Source: Escherichia coli
GTDB lineage: Bacteria; Pseudomonadota; Gammaproteobacteria; Enterobacterales; Enterobacteriaceae
Assembly (NCBI RefSeq): GCF_044324875.1
Contig: NZ_CP172185.1
Length of the DNA stretch: 64,000 nt
Direction: 5' to 3' (one strand)
Shown here: piece by piece, positions 35,237 to 44,314 of the stretch
Numbering within the stretch: position 1 is the first letter of the stretch
How the letters are laid out: the number at the start of each line of letters is the position of its first letter
Position numbers and translations under genes: made by a program
The notes under the pieces: generated by a model
The model's database searches: none
Told to the model about the DNA's origin: nothing
The model's input: only the letters and a program-made list of their open reading frames with translations

Positions 35237-35719
35237 TTATCGGGAAAAACCGATCGTAATGGCAGCCATCATCTTTTCAGCGAAAGAGAGAGATTCACGA
35301 TGACTGATATTCAGAGACATACAGGCTTTGTTGTACGCCACATTTTCCATGCATTCCAGGACAGGAGAGTCATGCATCTCAAGCTCTGGAAGGCGTGCCA
35401 GCAGAGCTTCCGTACTGAGGAGGGCGCTTTTGGTAATCAACTCATTGTAGCGATGGGCATGCTCACTCGCCGCCTGCGCACGTTGCCCGAAACGACATAT
35501 GAAATTACAGGCTCCGAGAACCACCACCACTGCCCCAAGCACCCAGCCGAAATGCCAGCCGGCTACGATGAACGCACCCGCCGCAAGGATCAAAATGTTG
35601 ATGATCGCATCAAGGCGACGATTGAATACCGCCGCGATGCGCTCCAGCCAGTAGCTGTACCAGAGACGGAACATGACCTCATCCCGTTCTCTCGATTTTT
35701 TACGTTGGTTGTTTTGCAT
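35237..35719 (-). CDS. Membrane protein (160 aa, central double TM hairpin), opposite strand to early operon
   Basis: GAGGGA SD before ATG; hydrophobic stretch INILILAAGAFIVAGWHFGWVLGAVVVVLGACNFI; more protein-like than the overlapping plus-strand ORF. Confidence 0.55.
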   Translation of the reverse strand: MQNNQRKKSRERDEVMFRLWYSYWLERIAAVFNRRLDAIINILILAAGAFIVAGWHFGWVLGAVVVVLGACNFICRFGQRAQAASEHAHRYNELITKSALLSTEALLARLPELEMHDSPVLECMENVAYNKACMSLNISHRESLSFAEKMMAAITIGFSR

Positions 35720-35953
35720 GGTGTTTTATCCCTCATCGTCATCGCTCTGCCCCTAATCAGCGCAGAGTGCAGGGTAACCTGGCTCGTGGAATTTTTGCAG
35801 CCAGACATCTTTACCCCCGGGCGTGTTGAACAAAGTGTCCGCCAGATCCACTGAACGGCGGATTCATCAATGCTAACACGCCCTTCTTTTCCGGTTGAAG
35901 GCGAAAAAACCGGACCATTACCCCGACACAAAACAGAACAACGGAGAACAACT

Positions 35954-36508
35954 ATGCCCGCACTTAAACCTATGGGTGTATCAGGTGTACCACCGAAGCA
36001 TGTCAGAGCCTGGACACAACAGGAAGATGCTCTACTGGTCGGTTTATACCCCTCCCACACCGTACCAGAACTGACAAAACACTTTCAGAGAACCGGGCCA
36101 GCAATACGAAGCCGCATCCGTCTTTTGCTCTCTCAGGGGGTTATCCACACCAAACAACCCCCCCTGAATACAAAAGAACTCAACACGCTCATCAGGAATC
36201 GCCACACAAAAACCATCCGGGAACTCGCGAATGAACTGGGGCGCTCGACATCCACGGTGGGACTGAACCTGAGAAAAAGAGGGTACCGGTTCAGGAAATA
36301 CGGGGAACTCCACCACAGAGCCAGATACAGCGATCACCTGGTGGAGTTGGTAACTGAACTGCGCGATGAACAGGGGATGACATTCAGCGAAATCAGAAAG
36401 TACATCCGGGACATGGCCGGGATATCCCTTAAAAGATGGGTCCTCGCCCGGCTTTACGCACGATATACCGCCGCTGACACCGTGCTTTGCGAACTGCTAC
36501 CGGACTGA
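35954..36508 (+). CDS. DNA-binding protein with repeated Myb/HTH-like units (~184 aa)
   Basis: Start at ATG with GGAGA SD (MPALKPMG); repeats resembling W-T-x-x-E-D-x-x-L Myb/SANT pattern. Confidence 0.5.
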   Translation: MPALKPMGVSGVPPKHVRAWTQQEDALLVGLYPSHTVPELTKHFQRTGPAIRSRIRLLLSQGVIHTKQPPLNTKELNTLIRNRHTKTIRELANELGRSTSTVGLNLRKRGYRFRKYGELHHRARYSDHLVELVTELRDEQGMTFSEIRKYIRDMAGISLKRWVLARLYARYTAADTVLCELLPD

Positions 36509-36606
36509 GTAACCACTATGCACACACAAAAAAACCGCTTGCCATGCCGCAATCAGTCAGGTTACATTTCCGCTGCACCTCATAAAACGGGTGCCGGGAT
36601 TGCAAC

Positions 36607-36648
36607 CCCCGCTGACAACTACAGCGCACAACCGCGCCAGCGGTTTTT
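36607..36648 (+). terminator. Candidate rho-independent terminator
   Basis: CCGCTG...CAGCGG hairpin followed by T7. Confidence 0.45.
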
Positions 36649-36828
36649 TTGTGCGTACCGTATCGCCACGTCTTTTTCGCGCCAGAATTATGGCGGGGCG
36701 TATGGGGCCGACTTCGGTCGGGCCGGTTTCTGTAGTTGCCGGTGGTTGCAACCCTGTACGTCTCGCCACCCAGAATTGCAACCTCTGGATGGTGAGTTTT
36801 CAAAACTTGCAACTACAGAGGCCACACC

Positions 36829-37053
36829 ATGGCAAACCGCAAACAACAGCGCGCATACGCTGCGCGTCGTCACATCCAGACTGAAATCAACCGCAGACTT
36901 TTCCGCGCATTCCGCGTCGCGCATATCATGCACATCAATATGCTGCATGAGCGCAGCCACGCACTGTCAAACATGTATTCCGCCGCTGTATTCAGCTACC
37001 TGGCGGATGACCTGCGCGAGCTGCAGGACCTCATTAACCAGCACCACCACTAA
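36829..37053 (+). CDS. Hypothetical small basic protein (74 aa)
   Basis: ATG preceded by AGAGG; preferred over overlapping low-complexity 205-aa ORF. Confidence 0.4.
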   Translation: MANRKQQRAYAARRHIQTEINRRLFRAFRVAHIMHINMLHERSHALSNMYSAAVFSYLADDLRELQDLINQHHH

Positions 37054-37121
37054 TCAACATCCCGGAGCCATCCCGCCCCCGTACGCGGGAGGCTTCCGCA
37101 CGTCCGTTTCCGGAGGTTCTC

Positions 37122-37535
37122 ATGAAGAGCGTTAAGGGACTTTCAGATATTCAGGATTTTTTTAACTGGATGTGGGCGGTGGATCCACGCCTCGCTTCCC
37201 GTCTCAATGACCTGCACGACTATTACCGCCGCGCCTGTAAACAGGCAGCCCGCAGCGCTGCCACATACGGGGATTTTTCCTTCACCGTTGACGACCGTTA
37301 CCGCGTGGATGTCAGAGACCAGAACCACAGCCTGGAGCTGGGCCTGTTCCACATCAACGGGTGCGACAGCAGCGTTATCAGCTGGTCATCGTCAGAAATG
37401 GTGCTCGTTCTGGAAATGACCACCCACAGCGTGGTCGTGAAAGGGATTAAAACAGCAGAAGACTTTATCGCTGAATACCAGCGCCTTCTTGTGCTGTACC
37501 GGGCTGCATTTCAGAAGGCAACAGCAGGGGAGTAA
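37122..37535 (+). CDS. Hypothetical phage protein (137 aa) immediately upstream of gene A
   Basis: GGAGG SD; tight spacing to replication gene. Confidence 0.55.
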   Translation: MKSVKGLSDIQDFFNWMWAVDPRLASRLNDLHDYYRRACKQAARSAATYGDFSFTVDDRYRVDVRDQNHSLELGLFHINGCDSSVISWSSSEMVLVLEMTTHSVVVKGIKTAEDFIAEYQRLLVLYRAAFQKATAGE

Positions 37536-37540
37536 GCGGA

Positions 37541-40051
37541 ATGAGCCATCACCACACGCACCTGGCGTACCCGTGGAACGCCCCGCTGCCGGTTATTGAT
37601 CCTGAGACATTCGGCAGAGCATTACCGCAGAAGCCAACCGCATTACAACGGGCAATCCGTGACTACCTCACCGAAGACATTCGCACTGAGGCCCGGCTGG
37701 ATGAAGAAACCGTGGCCTTCCTGACAACCACGGACAAAGGTAAGCAAATTAATTCACACCTTCACCGGGACGAAGAGCGGCAGATAAGGCTGGATAAGCT
37801 GGCACGACACAGACGCGAAAATCCGCCAACGGCGGTATCGGAGGCGATAGCCGAACTTCGCACCCTGCCCTCGTTTCTTGCCAGTGTGTTGATCCGTGAT
37901 CTGGCACGACTGAACCGGAAACAGCAAAGTGCCCGCAGTGAAGGTGTAAAAAACAACAGCGCATACGTGGCCGATAATTTCGTTCGCCGTGGACTGCGTG
38001 CGCGCCTGAAACGTATTGAAAGGGTTAACGACCGCTTTGCAACGCCGGCATTCAAAACCACCGTCGTGCGCCATCGCCTTGAAGAACTGCTCACACTGCC
38101 GCAACTCACCCGTGACGAAATCCAGCGCATCGCCACACTGACAGCCCAGGCATTCGCCGCAGAATTTGAACGCATATGTGATGAAGTTCTTGAACGGACA
38201 GGCAAGGATAATGACAGCCCGGTTATCTGGCTGCTGGCCTACCAGAAGGTGGCACGCACAGCCTTAATTCTGGGCATGGTCCCGCCATACTGGCCGGAAC
38301 TCGAAATCAGGCACAACCGACGCACACCGCCGGACCCTGAACGGGTTCCGGGTGCGGTACTGCGCATCACCTGCGCGACCTGGTGGAACAACCAGTTACG
38401 CCACGTCGCCGATCTCTGGCGGGAGGAGTTACTGCGCGCCGCCGGCAGAGTGTCACGTAAACAATCCCCCTATATCAGCCATGAGTCACTACTGGAGTTC
38501 CGCGAGAAGCGCCAGCGCACCTGTGACTTTCTCAAAAGCTGGGATATTGAAAACGAAGACGGCGAGCGCCTGAGTCTGGAGGACGTGTACTGGGCTGGCC
38601 TGGGTAATCCACGCAACCGCCGCAATGAAATGATGGTCTGCGTCAGAGGGATGGAGATGGTGGCCGAATTACGGGCTGACGTCGCATTCTTCATCACAGT
38701 AACCACCCCTTCCCGCTTTCACAGCGTGAACGAGAACGGCAGCCTGAACCCGAAATACAACGGTGCCACAGTACGAGATGCCAGTGATTATCTGGTTTAC
38801 GACTTCTTCGCAGCCGTAAGAAAAAAAATAAAAAAAGAGGGGCTGGGCTGGTACGGCGTGCGAACCGCTGAGCCACACCATGACGGCACGCCACACTGGC
38901 ATATGCTGGTATTCACTTCCCCGGAGAACGCAGAGCGCATCATCGAAATTATGCGCGAAGCAGCAATTAAATCAGATCGCCACGAACTGGGGGACGATAT
39001 TTCACCGCGCTTTAAATGCGAGAAGATAGACCCGGAAAAAGGCACACCGGCAAGCTATATCGCAACCTATATCGGTAAGAACCTGGACGCCAGCGCTTTC
39101 CACAACAATGATCCGAAAACCGGAAAACCTTACGTTGATGAGGAATCCGGGAAAACCATGGCGGAAACCGTGGAGAACGCCATTGCCTGGGCAAGCCTTC
39201 ACCGCATCCGTCAGTTCCAGTTTTTCGGCATTCCGCCCCGCCAGGTATGGCGTGAACTCCGCCGCCTTGCAAGCCAGATGGAGCGCAACCCGGCATCACC
39301 GAAGCACCTCGATCATGACGATATTGACGCCATTATGGCTGCCGCAGATGTGGGATGTTTTGCCACCTACATCATGAAACAGGGTGGTGTGCTCATTCCG
39401 CGCAACCAGTATCTGGTCCGCACCGCATACGAAACCGCAGACGAAGCCAACGACTACGGTGAATTCCCTCAACGTATCTACGGAATCTGCGCCCCGTCGC
39501 TCGGAGAGCGGTACACCATATGCACCCATCCGGACGAGTGGAAACTGGTTAAAAAAGAAACAATACCAGACAACCGCACGGGCGAGGGTTTTGACCTTCA
39601 GGGCGACCCCGTCGCCCCTTGGACTCGTGGCAATAACTGTCCCCGGGATGAAAAAACAGACAATCACGGACCAGAAAACAGGCAGGACCCCGGACGACTG
39701 ACGCTTCCCGAAGAGAACCTGGAAAGCTGGCTGAATACGTTAAGCAGGGGCGATCGGAGAAAACTGCGTAATCAGATTAAAAATCAGCCGTCGGGCGCAA
39801 AAACCGGACAAAACGACACCACACCGGCATCTGACACCCCTGTAAGGGTGGGGATTGTCGTGCCTGCGGATACCGCGACGGACACGCAAATCGCCCGCGA
39901 ACTTGATGCGCTGGGTGTGCAGTTGCCTGACGCGGCCATCATCTCCGTGCGTAACGGTGCCCGTGTGCGTCTGGATAACGGGGGAACAGCGTACTGGGAT
40001 GAGTCAGCCCGTCACATCATCACAGAGCAGCCAGTGGAGGCGGGAGCATGA
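37541..40051 (+). CDS. Phage replication initiation endonuclease (P2 gpA-like, rolling-circle HUH)
   Basis: 836 aa; HUH-type motif GTPHWHMLVF and tyrosine motif YIATYIGKNLD. Confidence 0.88.
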   Translation: MSHHHTHLAYPWNAPLPVIDPETFGRALPQKPTALQRAIRDYLTEDIRTEARLDEETVAFLTTTDKGKQINSHLHRDEERQIRLDKLARHRRENPPTAVSEAIAELRTLPSFLASVLIRDLARLNRKQQSARSEGVKNNSAYVADNFVRRGLRARLKRIERVNDRFATPAFKTTVVRHRLEELLTLPQLTRDEIQRIATLTAQAFAAEFERICDEVLERTGKDNDSPVIWLLAYQKVARTALILGMVPPYWPELEIRHNRRTPPDPERVPGAVLRITCATWWNNQLRHVADLWREELLRAAGRVSRKQSPYISHESLLEFREKRQRTCDFLKSWDIENEDGERLSLEDVYWAGLGNPRNRRNEMMVCVRGMEMVAELRADVAFFITVTTPSRFHSVNENGSLNPKYNGATVRDASDYLVYDFFAAVRKKIKKEGLGWYGVRTAEPHHDGTPHWHMLVFTSPENAERIIEIMREAAIKSDRHELGDDISPRFKCEKIDPEKGTPASYIATYIGKNLDASAFHNNDPKTGKPYVDEESGKTMAETVENAIAWASLHRIRQFQFFGIPPRQVWRELRRLASQMERNPASPKHLDHDDIDAIMAAADVGCFATYIMKQGGVLIPRNQYLVRTAYETADEANDYGEFPQRIYGICAPSLGERYTICTHPDEWKLVKKETIPDNRTGEGFDLQGDPVAPWTRGNNCPRDEKTDNHGPENRQDPGRLTLPEENLESWLNTLSRGDRRKLRNQIKNQPSGAKTGQNDTTPASDTPVRVGIVVPADTATDTQIARELDALGVQLPDAAIISVRNGARVRLDNGGTAYWDESARHIITEQPVEAGA

Positions 40052-40479
40052 CGCGATTTTGCTGCACCATGCAGCGCCCACAGTTTGAGGCCATCATGCG
40101 CCAGCGTATGCCGGTGCTGACACTGTTCAGGCCTGCCACAAGGCCACAACCGGGCGACGAGCTGGAAATCACGATAGTCAGCCCCGATCGCACCACGGAG
40201 ACCACCATCGCCGACATACTCAACAGGCGGCCGGGCAGCGAGAGCCATAGCTGGACTGTCGTCATTCGTCCGCGCCGTTCGCCGGAGGAACCGGAGCCGT
40301 GCACGCCTGCCGGGAAAATCATGCAGAGATATCACGAAGAGCGGACACGCAGGCACAACGGCGGACTGGCCAGAACACTGAACACAGTCAATCACAAGGC
40401 CGCGCTGGCGCGAATGGTCTTTTCACCACAACGCAATTCATTCGCCAGACCAGCACAGAACGGGAGGAAACAACAGTGA
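40048..40479 (+). CDS. Hypothetical phage protein (143 aa)
   Basis: ATGA overlap with gene A stop; GGAGG SD. Confidence 0.5.
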   Translation: MTRFCCTMQRPQFEAIMRQRMPVLTLFRPATRPQPGDELEITIVSPDRTTETTIADILNRRPGSESHSWTVVIRPRRSPEEPEPCTPAGKIMQRYHEERTRRHNGGLARTLNTVNHKAALARMVFSPQRNSFARPAQNGRKQQ

Positions 40480-40670
40480 GCAGAATATTACTTTTTCTGC
40501 TGTTTTTCGCGCCATTCGCACAATCAGCCACGCCGAACTGCGTAGCGAAAAAGAGCAACACCGTTGTCATTGTCCAGTGTGATGACGGCACGGTAACAAT
40601 CACCGACTCGAGCAAAGGAAGCGTCATTGTCTGCCGTAAAGAGAAACCCTGTCAGCGAACCGAACTTTGA
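40476..40670 (+). CDS. Small putative secreted Cys-containing protein (64 aa, GTG start)
   Basis: N-terminal signal-peptide-like SRILLFLLFFAPFAQSA; overlaps previous stop. Confidence 0.4.
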   Translation: MSRILLFLLFFAPFAQSATPNCVAKKSNTVVIVQCDDGTVTITDSSKGSVIVCRKEKPCQRTEL

Positions 40671-40681
40671 AGGAAAAATAT

Positions 40682-40761
40682 ATGAACAGGAAACAGAAGC
40701 AGGAACTGAAAGGCTTCTTACGTAAAGAAATTGCCAGGCTGGAAGATGTGGAATCTCAGTC
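40682..40761 (+). pseudogene. 5' fragment of small phage gene interrupted by IS21-family element
   Basis: MNRKQKQELKGFLRKEIARLEDVESQS... continues in frame at 43407 once the IS and one copy of the target duplication are removed. Confidence 0.8.
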
Positions 40762-40860
40762 TGCGTATTCCGCTCTATTCGATCACGGATTGGCATCGAA
40801 GTCCGATCAGCGATTCGCATCCATTCGATCAACCGGGAACTTAACTTTTTCTACCGCTTT

Positions 40861-41616
40861 TTAACGCGTTTTTTCGCTGCTTTCCACTACCGGGGGATTT
40901 TTCCTCAGTGACTCTCCCTGAAGGACCACTCGGTGTGAGTTATGTACCAGTCTGTCCAGGATGGCATCTGCTGTTGTTGGGTTCTCCATCAGACCATGCC
41001 ATTTATCTACCGGGAACTGGCTTACCACTATCGTGCTGCTTTGTCCGTAACGATCCTCTATGAGCTCCAGAAGGTCATTACACTGGGCGTTACTTAACTG
41101 TTCCAGCCCCAGATCGTCCAGGATTAGAACCTGTATTTTTTGCAACTGTTTCAGATATTTCAGCCAGCTGCCATCAACACGTCCCTGAGCCAGTTGTTCC
41201 AGTAATCGCCCGGTTCTACAGTACCGGACGCTGTGTTTCTGTCGACATGCCTGTTCGCCCAGCGCATTGGCTATCCAGCTCTTGCCACATCCTGTCGGAC
41301 CGGTTATCAGCAGGTTTTTCCTGTGGGTTATGTAGTGGCCGTTCAGCAGTTCTCTCATCTGTTCAGCCCGCAGACCTCTTGAGGCCGGATAGCGCAGCCC
41401 TTCCGGTGTTGCCTGGTATTTCAGGCCGGCATTTTTTCTCAACCGTGCCACACGGCTGTTTTCCCTGCTCAGAAGCTCGTCATCAACCAGCAGCGTCAGC
41501 CTTTCCTCGAACGACAGTTCGTCGTAGGTCTGAGGCGTTTCCCGCTGCCGTATCAGGCTCCCGGCCATCGCCGGGAGTTTCAGTTGGGTCAGTTTGTTTA
41601 ACAGGTTATCACTCAT
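40861..41616 (-). CDS. istB: IS21-family helper ATPase IstB
   Basis: Start MSDNLLNKL; Walker A GPTGCGKS; 251 aa. Confidence 0.93.
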   Translation of the reverse strand: MSDNLLNKLTQLKLPAMAGSLIRQRETPQTYDELSFEERLTLLVDDELLSRENSRVARLRKNAGLKYQATPEGLRYPASRGLRAEQMRELLNGHYITHRKNLLITGPTGCGKSWIANALGEQACRQKHSVRYCRTGRLLEQLAQGRVDGSWLKYLKQLQKIQVLILDDLGLEQLSNAQCNDLLELIEDRYGQSSTIVVSQFPVDKWHGLMENPTTADAILDRLVHNSHRVVLQGESLRKNPPVVESSEKTR

Positions 41617-41632
41617 ACTGTTGTTCCTTCTG

Positions 41633-43168
41633 TCAGTGGTAGTAGCCCGGACCACGCAGGTTTTCATGCTCTGAAGCATATGCCGGATGTTGTTCGCCCT
41701 GGCGGGATAATGGAAGCTCCAGGTTCTCCCGATGGTGACGCAGCAGATTGTCGATAAAGCGTCTGTCAGGGGCGTTATAGTGCAGGGCAACGTAACAGGC
41801 CTTTTCCAGCCGTTCCGGGCCGTATTTTTTCTGAAGTGCCAGCAGCCCCAGAACTGCACGATAAGCCAGTTCCGGATGGGGTTTTGCCTTCAGCATGGAT
41901 TCAACCACCCGGCCTGTGGACGGGCCCGTACGTTTTCCCTGCTCGATCAGGCGTTCCGGTGTCCATGTCCCGTGCTGCCGGTGGCGCTCTGGCATGTGAA
42001 GCGGATTGGTTGTGTGTTTATATTCATGTGTGCTGCGCGGATGTTGCGCCACACACTGCCCCTTGTGCCAGAGCTGTACCACCGACTGCCCCGCCTTCAG
42101 TGACAGACGCTGACCGACCAGTTCGTGTGGAACGGAGTACCAGTGACGGGCATATTCAACGTGGTAGTCAGGGCCAACCTTCACAGCTTTGTATTCCGTG
42201 TATTCATAAGGTGCCAGAGGCAGCGGAGAGAGTGCTGGCGCATCCAGTATGCGGAAGCGTTCTGCACGGGTTTGATTGCCGTACCCCTTCATTGGCCGGT
42301 TATTCATGTCTGTCAGTAACTCCCTAAGGCGCGCATTCAGCGCCCTGAGCGTGTGGAAGGTTTCATTACGGATGCGGGCAAGAAGCCATCGTTCAACGAT
42401 GAGGACGCCGTTTTCTGCTTTTGGTTTATCTTTAGGTTTGCGTGGTCGGGCCGGGATGATAACCGTGCCATAGTGCTCAGCCAGTGCCTGATAACTGTCG
42501 TTGATGACAGGCTCATATCGATCGGCCTTTTTCACTGCGCTTCTGAGGTTATCGGGGATGAGCAGCTTCGGTACGCCGCCCAGGAAGGTCAGGCAACGGC
42601 TGTGGGCATTTAACCATGACATCATGTCCTGACCTTCGCACGCTTCAACGTAGGTATAGTTGGACGCCCCCATTACGGCCACGAAGATTGCCACGCGGCG
42701 TATCTCACCGGTGTCCGGATTAATAACAGGAACCGTAGGACCACAGAAGTCGATAAAAAGCTTTTCGCCGGCACGATGCTCCTGGCGCATGGAGAGACGT
42801 CGCGTTTTTTTCCACTCCCGGTAGCAACGGCAGAAGTGCGAGTATCCCATCGCTTTGTTACCCGCCTGTGCCTTGTATTCCATCCACAACAGTTGCCGCG
42901 TCACACCTGGTTTTCTCATTTCCGTATCGAAGTACAACATGTCAGGCATTACAAGCTCTGATGCAAAGGTGTCTTTGGGCGGAAAAATGAGTTTCTCCAG
43001 CGTGTCATGGGATATATCAGCAGGTAATGGCCATGACAGAGAAGAGGCTTTGAAGCGGGCAAGAACCTCAAAAACGGTTGAGGCGCTGATGTGTAACGTC
43101 AGTCCGATACAACGGTTAGTCAGCTTCTTGTCGAACTTGAGCTGAAGGATCTTAAAACAGGTTTCCAT
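41633..43168 (-). CDS. istA: IS21-family transposase IstA
   Basis: Start METCFKILQ with AGGAG SD; DDE integrase core region; 511 aa. Confidence 0.92.
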   Translation of the reverse strand: METCFKILQLKFDKKLTNRCIGLTLHISASTVFEVLARFKASSLSWPLPADISHDTLEKLIFPPKDTFASELVMPDMLYFDTEMRKPGVTRQLLWMEYKAQAGNKAMGYSHFCRCYREWKKTRRLSMRQEHRAGEKLFIDFCGPTVPVINPDTGEIRRVAIFVAVMGASNYTYVEACEGQDMMSWLNAHSRCLTFLGGVPKLLIPDNLRSAVKKADRYEPVINDSYQALAEHYGTVIIPARPRKPKDKPKAENGVLIVERWLLARIRNETFHTLRALNARLRELLTDMNNRPMKGYGNQTRAERFRILDAPALSPLPLAPYEYTEYKAVKVGPDYHVEYARHWYSVPHELVGQRLSLKAGQSVVQLWHKGQCVAQHPRSTHEYKHTTNPLHMPERHRQHGTWTPERLIEQGKRTGPSTGRVVESMLKAKPHPELAYRAVLGLLALQKKYGPERLEKACYVALHYNAPDRRFIDNLLRHHRENLELPLSRQGEQHPAYASEHENLRGPGYYH

Positions 43169-43406
43169 AGTGCTCCTGGATTTTCTCTTTCTGGACATTG
43201 ACGTCTCCACTGGTTTAAACACGGCAATGGAGACTGTGGTGAAAAGAGTTAATTCCCGGAGTGACTGGCAGGATGCCAATCAATGATCGGAAGCATGCCA
43301 AATCGTGATCGATTGTGATGCCAAACTGTGATCGGAGATGGATGCCAAATCATGATCGATTCGAATGCCAAACTGCGATCGATTCAGATGCCATTTTGCA
43401 TCAGTC

Positions 43407-43641
43407 ATCAGATATTCCATTCGGAATGGATATCAACGACGCCTGTATGCTCCAGGTATACCGCATAGCTCAGGCTGCACTACAGGCAAAACCGTCAGAT
43501 GGACTGGTTAGAGCAGTACGTTTCTATGAACTGGTAAAGCGTGAGAATCCGCCAGTCGAAACCGGAGCATGGCAAGACGCTGTTGACTGGGTGCTCAAAG
43601 AGGCTTGTCAGGTTGTAAACACTGGCATCAAAGGAGACTGA
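43407..43641 (+). pseudogene. 3' fragment of the IS-interrupted phage gene
   Basis: In-frame continuation SDIPFGMDINDACMLQVYRIAQ...; reconstructed intact ORF about 104 aa. Confidence 0.8.
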
Positions 43642-43642
43642 T

Positions 43643-43852
43643 ATGGCTATTGCCGCAAGTTACACCATGCATCTCTATTGTGATTGTCGCCAGTGTACAA
43701 ATGGTAAATATCAAACGCCAGACTTCGGTGAATATATCGGTACGTCATGGACTGGCTGTGCAAAAGAGGCGCGTAAGGATGGCTGGCGAATAAGCAAAGA
43801 CAAAACTCGTGCTTTTGCGCCCGGGCATAAAGTTTTGAGGATTAACAAATGA
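43643..43852 (+). CDS. Small Cys-rich (zinc-ribbon-like) protein, 69 aa
   Basis: AAGGAG SD; CxC-x2-C plus distal Cys. Confidence 0.5.
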   Translation: MAIAASYTMHLYCDCRQCTNGKYQTPDFGEYIGTSWTGCAKEARKDGWRISKDKTRAFAPGHKVLRINK

Positions 43853-44250
43853 CCACTATAACCAAAGAGCGACTACTGACAATCAGGCAGTGGCGCGAAA
43901 CATACGGACCTGGTAGCAACGTTGTACTGCCAGCCGAAGAAGCGGAAAAACTGGCACGGATTGCTTTGGCATCGCTGGAAGCAAAACCAATAGGTGCTTT
44001 CCACATTGCAGAACAGCAGGTCGATGGCACAAGTGACTACATCAAGGATGGGGAGTACCGCTTGCTGACATCTGAAGAACAAAAGATAGCCCAACTTTTA
44101 GGCGATGCATGGAACCTGTATTTTACATTGCCAGTTGAGCATCCAATGGGTAGAGATGAATTTTGCCGGGCAATTCATCATTGCCAAAATATGGTGTTGG
44201 CACGCCCTGCCATCAGGGCGCTGGCCAGTAAGGGGCAAGGCTATAAATAG
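43849..44250 (+). CDS. Hypothetical phage cargo protein (133 aa)
   Basis: ATGA overlap with previous ORF; GAGGA SD. Confidence 0.55.
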   Translation: MTTITKERLLTIRQWRETYGPGSNVVLPAEEAEKLARIALASLEAKPIGAFHIAEQQVDGTSDYIKDGEYRLLTSEEQKIAQLLGDAWNLYFTLPVEHPMGRDEFCRAIHHCQNMVLARPAIRALASKGQGYK

Positions 44251-44257
44251 ATGAGCA

Positions 44258-44284
44258 AAACGCCCTCCTCCAGGGCGTTTATTT
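44258..44284 (+). terminator. Rho-independent terminator after cargo operon
   Basis: ACGCCCT-CCTCC-AGGGCGT followed by TTATTT. Confidence 0.55.
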
Positions 44285-44287
44285 CAA

Positions 44288-44314
44288 TGCACAATAGTGC
44301 ACAAATTTGCACAA
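44288..44314 (+). repeat. Three tandem 10-bp-phased TGCACAA repeats (candidate operator)
   Basis: TGCACAAtag TGCACAAatt TGCACAAttt at 44288, 44298, 44308. Confidence 0.6.

Larger units (their letters stand above)
40762..43400 (-). mobile_element. IS21-family insertion sequence (istA-istB), ~2.64 kb, flanked by 6-bp direct repeat TCAGTC
   Basis: Multiple GATGCCAAA..TGATCG-type repeats at both ends in inverted orientation; TCAGTC at 40756-40761 and 43401-43406. Confidence 0.9.

Noticed and set aside
35219-35854. 211-aa plus-strand ORF overlapping the minus-strand membrane protein
   Set aside because: His/Arg-rich and not protein-like, with no RBS; the minus-strand 160-aa ORF has an SD and a clean TM hairpin.
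36518-37135. 205-aa plus-strand ORF
   Set aside because: Low-complexity Ser/Thr/Cys/Arg-rich translation covering a region with terminator hairpins and TTGCAAC repeats; a 74-aa ORF with an RBS (36829-37053) is more plausible.
41732-42613. Plus-strand ORFs inside the IS21-family element
   Set aside because: Antisense to istA; IS21-family elements encode only istA and istB on one strand.
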